NCBI RefSeq assembly: GCF_036321535.1
Contig: NC_087436.1
Span: forward strand, 100,752,001-100,816,000
Reading direction: 5' to 3'
Source of the DNA: Camelus dromedarius
Lineage: Eukaryota
DNA length: 64,000 nt
Under the pieces are notes generated by a model. The model had not been told where the DNA came from. It made no database searches and worked only from the letters and a program-made list of their open reading frames with translations. The stretch's first letter is position 1, and the number at the start of each line of letters is the position of its first letter. The position numbers were made by a program, and so were the translations under genes. Of the stretch, positions 53,145-64,000 are shown one piece after another.

Positions 53145-53500
53145 TTTTACTTTTTTAACAGTTTTATTGATATAATTCTCATAACATACAATTCACCCAT
53201 TTAAAGTGTACAGTTCAATGGTTTTTAGCATATGTATCCATTACCACAACTTAAAGACATTTTGTTACCTCAAAAGAAGCCTACTCCCCTTAGCCATCAC
53301 TGTCCAGTCTTCATCCCACTCAGCTCTAGGACACTAAAAAAAACTTTTTATTTTGAAATAATTAAAGACACAGGAAGTTTCAAGAATGTAAGTAGTACAA
53401 TATAAAAATGATAAAATTGACATTGGTACAGTACTGTTAACCAGACTACAGATTATATTCAGTTTTTACTATTTTTTACATGCATTTGTGTACATTCTGT
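53145..53500 (-). mobile_element. Two adjacent old L1 3' ends (L1MB-like then L1MC-like)
   Basis: caattcacccatttaaagtgtacagttcaatggtttttagcatat, then tttttattttgaaataatt...aaattgacattggtacagtactgttaaccagactacag. Confidence 0.7.
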
Positions 53501-53759
53501 GTGGTACTTTCTTATTTTGTGGTTGGCTTTATTCCTTTGATAACTATGTAAGTTTAAAAAGCTAAAGCTCTAATCTGTTCTTAGAAACAATGATCAGTAC
53601 ATATATGTAAACTACAAAAAAATGTGTACAGTATATTATATATATGTATTTACATACAATATAACGTAGATGTGCAATCAAACGGTAATAATTCTACTTA
53701 ATAAAACTGAAAAAGGGGAAAAAAACCATTTTATTACTTCCATCTTTTTGCTTTTGCTA

Positions 53760-53930
53760 TAACAAATGTCTTCGTATGCACCATATTTCACTTCACAAAG
53801 ATACCAATGAGAAGAAAAAGTGCTAATTAAACCATGACAATTCTAAGATACTAACAATTGGAAGATTCATCCCAATTTCAGAGGTTAAAATGTAAAAAAA
53901 GTAAAACTCAGAATCAATGAAAAATAGGCA
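53760..53930. mobile_element. Possible ancient TcMar-Tigger-type MITE fragment
   Basis: catcccaatttcagaggttaaaatgtaaaaaaa...agaatcaatgaaaaatagg resembles an old Tigger-type end. Confidence 0.4.
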
Positions 53931-54354
53931 TTTTAATCTCTATCTCTGATTATCTTATTATTTATTCATACTCTAGGACACAGGCTATGAAATACTTTTA
54001 CTCTCTTGCTATACTGCAAAATTGTTTACCAGAAAAGTCATTTTAAATTACACTCTGACCAGCAGCAAATAAGAGTGTCCATAACACAAATCTACAATAT
54101 CTTTTGAAAAAATTCTATTAATTTGGATTGTAAAAATGGTATTTTAATTTGCATTTTCTCTACTAGAAAGTGCAATAACACAGTTCCTAATAATGCAGAG
54201 AACAGACTCAGGTAATAGTACGCTCAGAGCAAGATTCTCTTTGTTTTTAATTTGATCACTGCCAACTGTTTACCAACACACTGCATTGATGGTAAACACA
54301 CACACCTGCATACCCGCAGATCCACAAGCACAAACACACATTCGAATTCGTTGT

Positions 54355-54496
54355 TTTTTGGTTTGTTTTGTTTGGGGGGGGAGGTAATTAGGTTTATTTC
54401 TTTACTTATTTATTGTAATGGAGGTGCTGGGGATTGAACCCAGGACCTTGTGAATGCTAGGTATTCACACTCTTACCATTGAGCTCTACCCTCCCC
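54355..54496 (-). mobile_element. tRNA-derived SINE of camelid type
   Basis: The reverse complement reads GGGGAGGGTAGAGCTCAATGGTAAGAG (A-box)...GGTCCTGGGTTCAATCCCCAGCACCTCC (B-box)...AATAAACCTAATTACCTCCCCCCC, then an A-rich tail. Confidence 0.9.
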
Positions 54497-57400
54497 AACA
54501 ATTTTGTTGGTTTTGGAAATCAGTTGACTTGCATTCTGTATTTTGTGATCCATGCCTGTGGACAGAAGAGGTGGCATGTGTACTTAGCACTTCTAAACAA
54601 TAATAATACAATAAAAGTTGTCAAAGGTTAAGAAATAGGTATTAAAATGAAGTCCTTCTCTTCAATCCCAGTGGTTAAACCATTTTGGGTCAAATGTGAG
54701 AGTTACCATAAAGGGCAGCTACATCATGGTTTCCCTGTTAGGACCGGCTAAACATTATTTCTCTGCTGTTTCGACAGCAAACTGCGGGCCTTTGGAGCCA
54801 GCAGGCTCTCCTCAAGGACTTGCTGATGTGTAGCAAAAATATTTTAGTGTGAAAAAACTAATCCCTGGTGCACTTGTTTGCAAACTGCTGAATTTCTAGA
54901 TAACTCTATGTTCGAGGTCTATTTTTGATAGTGCAGATCTGGTGCTGAAATGCCTCTAAAAGAATCAACGCTTCTTTTTCTTTTCTTTATTTTTTTTCTT
55001 TTTTCCTCACAGCACGACAAACCCCCTGGAAACACAAAGCTGCTTCGGTAGCAATTTTTTATTTTGTACAGTAATTTGTTGTGTTGAACCCAGACCCCCC
55101 TGTTTCATGCTTGCAAAACAGTAAAACGCAGTCAAGTGAAATGCAAATTAATATGAAACTCAAATACTCTACTTAACAGCTTTCAACTTAGTCGACTCCA
55201 TTGCCAAAAGAATGTAAAGCAAAGCTTTAACACTGCTGTTAATTATGCTTTTCTTGCCAGAAACACTTTTGCCATTACCTAGAAACTGTAAAGAATTGTT
55301 TTATTTCATCCAGACATTTCTGTGTAATTTAATTACTGTTTATTTCCATTTTATCTTCATCTGCTTTAAGTTAGCATTAAATCTAGCAACTAAGCAAATA
55401 CTTCTCTTAGTGGTTCTGTTGAGAGGTACACTAAACTGAAGTCTGTTTAATTTCCATGATAAAGTCTAGTTAAAGGAAGAGAAAATTCATATAGATTAAA
55501 TGAACTTTTAGTTTTCTGTTCTTTACTGCTGCGAATAAGATTTTGCATATCTGATTATCTCTATTTATTCTAATCAAATTCTAGCACACCAGAATTTAAA
55601 TATGTGTAGGAAAGTGAAATTAATACTGTAGATAATTAAGACTGTTATACAATCTTGTGTTTACACTGCAGCTGTGCATTAGAAAAACTGTTACCATCCA
55701 TGGAGGGGGTGCCATGTTGCATATTTTGCTTTAGTATAAAAAAAAATAAGCAAGATATGGTACTTTCTTTGTGGAATTCAGTGTCTGGTGAGGGGATACA
55801 TATTTAAACAAATAGTTACAACAAAAAATTCTAAGTATTTATTATGAGCTTTTTAATCAAATCAATACATTTTGTTCTATCATAAGGCACTTAAGCCCCA
55901 TCTATAGTGTGATTTTCTAACTCTGGATAACAGGCCCAAATAAGTCAGGCGTCTGGTGAATGAGTTTTTCTTACTATAATTTTCTATCACATTAGGTGCA
56001 GCCTTAAACACCCAATTCATTACCATTTCCACCACTCCCTACTCTCATCTAAAAGACGTTAAGTTTGAGACCCTGAAGTCGTAAGTAGTGCCTTTAGTAA
56101 ATCACATAAACCTACATGTTGACCACCTAACCTAAACTTGATTGGATTTCTAGCCCAAATATTCAATTACAATCGGATAACTGACAAATCTTCACTTTAC
56201 TTTTCCAAATAAGAACTCATGCCATCCTTTGTAACACTGAGGTGACACTCCTGACCCACCACCTGCCTTAAGAGTTCTTCCTAGTGATGAGATAGATTTG
56301 CACTGACCCGTATACACCTGGTCCCTTTTGTGACAAAGAGCGTGCATTTTGGAGACAGCTGGCCAAAGGCAGGGGCATGCTTTGTGGTTATGGGACAGGG
56401 CACAGTGAACTAGCCCACATGGGGACGGGAACTTGGCCTCGTTAGTTACATGTCATACTCAGTTCAACTCGATAGTCACTAAGAGCTTTGTTGAAAACCA
56501 GCAGTATGCTCAGCCATCCACCGTGAATATGCTCTTTCTTCAAGTGTGAATGGGAAAGTGCCATTCTCTGTGGCAAATATCAAATTTACTTTTTGCTGCT
56601 CTCTCATTTCTGGTGAGAGAAGGTCTCACTTCTTACCTTTTCCTCTGTTTTTCTCTAATAGTGTTTTTCTCCTTCAGCTTGCTTTTTGATGCCCATATTT
56701 CTCTGGTTTCTACGCTATCCTGAACACTTCTGTTACGTACGGGCAATGAGTGGTTTATCCTGAAATACACTCACGTCACAGAGTTCCCAGCGGTGTGTCT
56801 TAGGCAACATAAACCGCCCAGTGAGGACCAAAGAGAGAAGTAGACTTTGAAATGGATGTTTTCTTACCAAACAATATTAATACAATTCTCTCTCTAAATT
56901 AATTTGATCCTTCAGGAATTGTGAGGGTGAGATGGTGAGGAATACTAATGATTTTCTGCAGTCACATAACCATTCTCGGTTTTAGGCTCATGGACATTTC
57001 AAGCTGGAAAAATTCTTAGAGTGGATCTAACCCAGTGAAATGATTTTTCAACATTAGAAAAGCTGGCTAATGACAGAGTTGAGTTTTGCATTAGCTAAGG
57101 TATAAGTTAAGCTGCTCTTAGAAAGAGACCAAAATGGAGTTGCATTTATATTTCCATTATTAAAAGGACTAAGAAAACAATGGATTTTACTGGACAAGTG
57201 CAGCCTTTGCTGTAGTAGAATTCTAATGTCTTTGTTACAGAGTTAGGAGTCCTTATAAAACAACAGCCTAACTATTTGAATAACATATTATATTGTTAAA
57301 AACTTACTATATTTTTAAAAGTTCATATCAGAACCTCATCTGTGCAATCACTTTAGACACTCTTTCCTCATATCTTTTGTGGTCTCTTCATACTAATCTT

Positions 57401-59539
57401 AATCTTAATGTGAGAAAAAGTGAAAAATTTAATATATACATAGTATGTATAGTATACTAATGATATAGTAGATAACACAAGAGTTAGATGTTTGAATCTA
57501 ATTAAGAAAATTAGAGGTAAAGACTCATTGATATGAGTCTTAAACTTTTACTGTATTACAAATTACAAATTACAGTATTATAACATTTGAACCCAAGTAA
57601 ATGAATTTCTACATGTATTACAAAATTAACTTTCACTATCAAGCAGTAGTCAAAAAAACTTCACTGAAAAATTCTACTGCCCAGAACATTTGAAACAATT
57701 TAGTTACTCAAATAAATCAGTAAATAAATGGTTGAATGAACAAACGAGTGAATAAGAGAATTCAACATTTCCCCAAGAACAATACTGATTCTGTCATAAC
57801 TATAATGATCTGTACAGATAAATCCTTTAAACCTGCCTGCTGAATTAAATGAAAAAGTTCCCCAGGAGATGGTTACCTATTGCTTTGGTCTCTTAGATCA
57901 TTAAGAACAATCTTCGTCCTCTCGACTTTGCACTGAGAATTCAGTAATCAGAATATGTGTGAATCTACACCATGTCCCAAGCTTGGCTGGTCTTTTTTTG
58001 TCCAGCTATTTAAATGACCTCATTTTTCATATCAGACCATTAGAGGGTGAATGATATGTCCTTCCACACATATCTATCAGGTGTCCTGAGACATTTGCTA
58101 TGTTCACACCCAGGAGTACCAGCAGACTCCAGTAACTTTTATCCTCTGACTCCCTACTCCTATATCATAATGTAGTACATTTGCTGTATTTTTCCAAGTC
58201 TCCCAAAGCCATCTCCTTCTCTTTCTTTTTTCTTTCTTTCTTTTTTTTTCAATGAGCTTCCTGTCATCTTGTCTCCTTGGCTTATAAAAACAAATCCCAA
58301 AGATTTCCCAGTGATGTGCTGTAGGAATTCTTTTCAAAGGTTCTCACTTCCTTTCTTCATTTTAGGGTGGAAATTGAGGGGAAAAAAAAAAACAACCTGC
58401 TGGAGACAGTGAGCCGTACCATATGGTTGGCCTGACTGTAAAGTCGATTACTATCTCTTTGTTTCCTTTTCTCTTTGAAAAGCTCTGGCCTGCAGCCACA
58501 ACCCATTCCTCAGCTCCTTGCCTCCAGCCAGGCCTCGGACCAACTGACTAGCTGGCACCACACCCTTTGGAAGAGGAATTCTTCCCTTCATAGGGTTGCC
58601 CTGTCATTGCTCAGGCATCTCATGCAGTATGACCCCTCCCTCTACCCACAAACACAGTCTACTCTGAGAAGAACTGTGTCTATTGTTTTCCAACTGTTGA
58701 CAACTTTAAGACATTATAGGCAGAGATTTCAAAATACAGAAATGAGTTTTGAAAACACATGCCGTAAAATCTTGTGGGAGCACAAAGGATACATTAAAAT
58801 ATATAACAAAAGATTTTATTGTAAAATTTCTAAATCTAATAACTTACTTGCTGTCTTTTACAATTTCAATTTCAAGTGCATTTCCAAGGTCTGGAGATAA
58901 TATTAAGTACCTCTTCATTAGTGTTTTGTTTCCATTAGCTATAAGCCAGTGTCAGTCCTCTGTTTCTTGAGTTAATATTTTAAAGCAACTTTACAACTAT
59001 AGGGTTATTTTATCTTCTATGCTGTTAATTTGCTGCAAATTTCAAGCATCTAAGTGAAGAACAAACTACAGAGTGATAAGATTTCTATAGTTCTGTTCTT
59101 TGACATATACTGAACGCATACACATGCATACACATACACATGCATACTAGGAAGGCATGCATAATTGCATGAGCATTTTTTATGTAAACCAACTTTCATG
59201 ACTCAATGAAATTTCTATATAAAATTTCTCTGAAATCAAATTAGCCAAAATAGAACACATTAAATTTTGCAAGTTAAATTTAACGGTATATATGTTCACA
59301 CATTTGCAAAATTAGAGAAACTCATTTTTCTGAAATTAAAACATAAATAATAAAAGGAAAACAAAGAAAAAAAGGCACAGGGTGCCAGCTGGGGGAAAAG
59401 AAAAGAAAAGTTTAGTAGAAGAGAGTACAACTTCCTTCCAATATTGGAAGAGCTGTTCTTGGGTTGTATCTTTTATCTTGAAGGGCCAAAGAGTAGACAC
59501 AGGAGTATTAGATCAAAAAACGCAGGAAAATTGATTACA

Positions 59540-59760
59540 TTTTATTATTTTTTTAATTGTAATGTTGATTTACAATGTTAGTTTCGGGTGTACAGAAAAA
59601 GTGATTCAGTTATATGTATACATAGATACGTAATTTTTTCTTTTCAGATGCTTTTCCATTATACGTTATTATAAGAAATTGAATATATATATATAGAACT
59701 ATATTCAATTGTATATAGTGCTATACAGTAGGTCCTTGTTGTTTATCTATTTTATATATA
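59540..59760 (-). mobile_element. L1 3' end (artiodactyl-type)
   Basis: gttgatttacaatgttagtttcgggtgtacag...gtgattcagttata...gtgctatacagtaggtccttgttgtttatctatttt. Confidence 0.85.
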
Positions 59761-60664
59761 TTTAGAGTTATTAAGGAGCTAATCAGCTACCTTATGAGGT
59801 TGTGAGGATCCTGTCAGGACCAACATCCTGAGACTTACCGACAAAATGCCATCTCATTGAGGGTTACGCTGAGCAAGGGCAATCCTATGCACCCCCTGAA
59901 AACAGTGGTCACATAAGATGTTTGATTTTTATATAAATATATAGGTATTGTGCCCGAGAAGCTCTCATTAAAATGAATACATAGGTAACCTAGGTATGCC
60001 TTTTTAGGCTTACCTATTATCACATTAGAATGTGTCAGATTATCAGAAAAACTTATTGACATAGATAAAAGTGATTTTCAGTAGGATAACTGCTGACCTC
60101 AGCAGCAGCAAGCACTGGGAGCTAAGAAAGAACAATCCATGGATACGAATACAGCCCAAGAAGATATGTCAATAACAGAAAGTGTCAGAAATTAGCTTAA
60201 AGGAAAAATCCCATGTGCCTGTTTTGCTCAGAGTGTCAAAAGTCCTTGTTCGTTTACTCCCACAGGAACTGACTCTTATATCAAATTACATTGAGCCTGA
60301 TTAGGTGACAGATACTCTTCCAGACTGTGAGAAAAGTGGATTGAACAGGACAGGCAAGGCTACTACCCATATGGTGTTAGGCGATCTCTGCGAATATAAT
60401 CAAAAGCAAAACAATGAGGTGTTATTCAGAGAATCCAAATAAAAAGTATCTCATCAAACTCTTACAAAGGTTAAGGGACAAAAAATAAAATTATATAAAT
60501 ATTTGTAGGGTCCCAACATACTTTACCAAGAAATAGTCCTAGTCCTAGTCCTAGAAAGACAGATGAAGAATTCTCAGTATTAAAGTATATTGATTGATCT
60601 TAGAAAAAAAAAATCTGGAACAGCACTCATCAGCTTTAATTTTGTGACAACTCTTGTTTATATT

Positions 60665-61375
60665 TCTGTAATTTTTTCGATAGGTGATTTATTTTAAACA
60701 TTACTAAATTCAAAAAATACACAAAATAAAAAGTATAGAGTGAAAAGTATCCTCCCAGCTCGGTCCTGTATCCATCCACACTTCCCTTGCTCCCTCCCCT
60801 AAAGTATAATAACCATTATTATTAATCTTCTCAGTGTTTATGAAGGCAAATATTAGTATAAAAGTATATTTTATGCAAAGTTAGAGTAATATTCATACTA
60901 TTCTGTACTTTGCTTTTTTTTTCACTTAATGTATCTTAGCAATCTTTCTATATTAGTCCATAGAGAACATTCCCATTCATTTTCATAGTTGTGTAGTATT
61001 TCATTCTGTGGATGAATCACAGTTTATATTAATAGACCTATTTTGATAGATATCTGTTTTGTTTCTCATCATTCATTATGGCAGATAATGTTAAGTAAAT
61101 AACTTTTTAATGCAGCATTTCCGTAATGCAAGGGTATTTGTAGAATTTAATCCTAGAAATAGAATTGTTTGATTAAAGTGGATATATATTTGCAGTTTTG
61201 ATTAATTTTGCTAAATTGACCTGCACAGAGGTTACACTAATTTATTCTCTTACATTCAGTGTATAAAAGGTAGCTTTTAATTTAGGTGTTATGTTAATAC
61301 ACTTTTGGATTGTTGCCAATATAAAACATAAAAATATTTTCTTGGTGTGATTTAGTTTGGATTCTTATATGGTCA
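60665..61375 (-). mobile_element. Ancient L1 (L1ME-like) 3' region
   Basis: ttctgtactttgcttttttttcacttaat...tagtatttcattctgtggatgaatcacagttta...tcctagaaatagaattg. Confidence 0.8.
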
Positions 61376-61586
61376 AATTTTTCCCAGTAGTCTTTATTCC
61401 AAACATTATTCTTTTATTAACTAACTTACAATATGATCAGGTATAGAGAAACATTGTTCTTGAGGAATTACAAGTTTATTTGAAAGACAGAGAGTAAATG
61501 AAAAACCTATTTCTTAACAGCGTTATTTTCCTTTACCACTGCAAAATAGACAGTTGCTGTGAAAGCCAAATGTTAGCAAGTTTAAT

Positions 61587-62304
61587 TGTTGATACTGATA
61601 AAAATCAAAAGCAAATGGAGACCAGCCTTGAAAATTCCCTGAGCAGACAAAACCAGTATAGTCCTACAAGCAAAATTCATTTTAGCTTATTTTGCAAGCC
61701 TAACTTGACCTGGGTCATTTCTTATTTGCACCTCTGGAAATCATAAGCAAAACTTAAACTGTTTCCCAAGATTGATATGAGGTAACCACTGATCTATTCT
61801 CTATTATTTAAGAAAAACCTAGTATTATAACCAATTACTGTGAAGAATAAACAGATCCCTGAGCCTCTTTCCATGTTTTGGTTTGAGTGCTCCCAACTTG
61901 CAAACTTTTTTTTTTTTTGGTGTGTGCACAATAAACTATTATTAATTACTACTTCAGTGTGTAAAAAAATTAATCAACAGAAATTAATTCAATTAAATAG
62001 TGTCAGGAGTTTTTGCACCCTGCAATAATAGGATTGCTGAACAGGCAGGCCTCCTCTTCTCTAGCAAGGACACAGCCAATGAAACTATGGCCCTCCCAAC
62101 TTCCTTTTCCTCTCTATGAAAGCATCTTTTTCCCTTGCCACGTGGGGACTTGCATGTGGCTCACCGTGGTAGCAGACCCTGAATTGCATTTCTTTGCTGA
62201 TCCCAAAAAACCCGTATTTGCTGGAGAAACAACTGACAGTCTATTTCTTTTAGGTTAACAGGTGAGTCAATGGATTTACTTTTGTTATTTCTGAACTTTC
62301 AACA
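61587..62304 (+). mobile_element. ERV1-class LTR sequence, probably two nested LTRs
   Basis: Outer TGTTGA...TCAACA termini. Inner segment 61960-62260 has TG...CA ends and agtg/ggtg flanks. Confidence 0.65.
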
Positions 62305-64000
62305 ACAGTTTTAACTTGATTACAGTGTGGTTTGAAAACTTGTACAACTCAAGATTAAATTTTCAACAGAACTCCACCATTCCTTCTTTATCCTGTGTTT
62401 CACTAATTACACCTGCAATCAACCAATTTCTTGCTCAAGAGGTTAATTATTTGCACCTGCATTTTTGCACCTGCCATTTTGGTGACCTTTTGCAATTAAT
62501 GTACATGCCTTTATTCACATTTCTAACTTGCTAAGCTTCCCAAATAGTAGATCTTTTGCCTAAACTGATCCAGGATTCTTTTGTGTGTTTCCAAGGTGAA
62601 TTTGGAGGCAAGCAATAGATAAGCCGACAATGATATAATCAAACCATTGAGTTCTTTTTATTGTCAAATAAACAAGTGATGACATTTTCCAAAAGAATGT
62701 TCCTTACAAATAAACAAAACAAATTTAAGGCTCAGTTTTAAAATGTCATATACCCTTATTACATATTAAAAATGCTATTTTAAGAAACAATAGCATACCT
62801 CCTAAATCTTATAAATTATGTCTGATTTTGCCTTTAAACGTGTCATGGAAAGTTGAAAGGTTATATTGAAAATATGTTCTTTATGCAGTCTAAATGGTCA
62901 CCTCCATAATACAGATTAATAACAGGGGCTCTGGGACCCTTGAGATTTTTATCTTTTGCCAAGTGATGTCTAAGTTCAGGTCCTGGTAATTTGCAATGAA
63001 GTCAAACAGACAAACCACTTAACCTGAGATGAAAATTAATGGTTGGAAATGAATTAACTCCCTAAATATTTAATTACTTACAGATATAAAAGTCAGTGGT
63101 CAGGATCGAAGGTAATCTTTTGACACACTATTGCTCAGCAGGGTCTTTCATGACTAAATCTTTAATTTATCTTTAGGAAACATTTATAGGAAAGTAAATT
63201 TTTAAAAATAAGAGGTCAAATGGCAACTCTAGTTTGTCCTGAGAATTACTTGAATCTTATGATCTCTGTTTTATTGCAATTTTTTTTAAGGATTGTTAGT
63301 AGGTGCTGAAATCTCACTAGGGCAAACGTAAGAAAAATATTGTTGAGACCTTGAGAACTTCAGAGGTAATAAACTAACCAAAACTGACCAAATGTATTGT
63401 CAACTGTGAGACCGGATAGATTTGCTTGTACATTTCCTGTGTCTGTTACTCTCATTTATGAAGATGAATTTGCAAAGGAGACAGGGCAGATAGATTTATT
63501 ACATGTGGTTCTATTATCCTTCCTGTTTCAGGATTTGCCAGGTCTATGGCCCGTGACCAAGAATTGTGTTTACTGAATCATACTTACGTGGTTTGCTATT
63601 GTTCAAATTGAAAGAGCTTACAAGAAAATGCCCCTGAGAAATGCTGCAGTGTATTTGCTGTAAAGAAGTTAGTGGACCCAGATTCACTGGGTTATACATT
63701 GTTCTTTTTATCAGAACCCTGGGGAAAACATCTCTGGATTTTTCCAGATTAGCTGGGTTTCCTGTGAGTCAGAAGTTCATTTCTGTTTTATGGATACTAT
63801 CAATGTCTTGAGCTTGATTGATTTTCCTCTTCGTATTGGTTGCCAAGAAGTTTAAAGCTAAATTATGACCAACGTTTATGAAGAGATTAGCATGTTTAAC
63901 ACGCACCTATGCATTCACCATCTTATTTCCCTGCATCTATTTTCTCTTTGTTCTTCCTTTTCTTTATTAATGGAGAGATGTAACAGTTACCTCCAAAACC

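Noticed and set aside
54420..54496. tRNA gene
   Set aside because: The A/B boxes belong to a SINE with its characteristic tail, and the cloverleaf is degenerate.
58475..58900. 141-aa ORF
   Set aside because: It starts at TTG rather than ATG, has no recognisable homology, and drifts into AT-rich sequence.
63520..63670. Possible exon after the plus-strand acceptor ttcctgtttcag
   Set aside because: All three frames hit stops within about 80 nt, and there is no convincing donor.
1..64000. CRISPR array, operon or other prokaryotic/viral system
   Set aside because: There is no regularly spaced repeat-spacer array and no gene-dense ORF structure. The sequence is typical eutherian non-coding DNA.

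Overview
This is AT-rich, CpG-poor mammalian non-coding DNA, either a gene desert or the inside of a large intron. I found no recognisable protein-coding exon, RNA gene, CpG island or CRISPR-like array. The listed ORFs are short chance frames or decayed transposon sequence. A tRNA-derived SINE at about 54355-54496 and the L1 3' ends resemble camelid (alpaca/camel) elements, so a camelid source is likely (inference). The window is mostly interspersed repeats: more than 10 MaLR (MLT1) LTRs, several ERV1-type solo LTRs with 4-bp target-site duplications (TSDs), a decayed L1 of about 4.1 kb, many truncated younger L1 ends, L2, MIR, Tigger1 and MER5-type DNA transposons, and microsatellites. I see no convincing new biological system. 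The best leads are L1 5'-inversion structures, nested insertions, two candidate minus-strand exons, and motif-rich blocks with no recognisable repeats that may be conserved enhancers. Repeat subfamily names come from recalled consensus sequences and need RepeatMasker/Dfam confirmation. Boundaries without a TSD are approximate.
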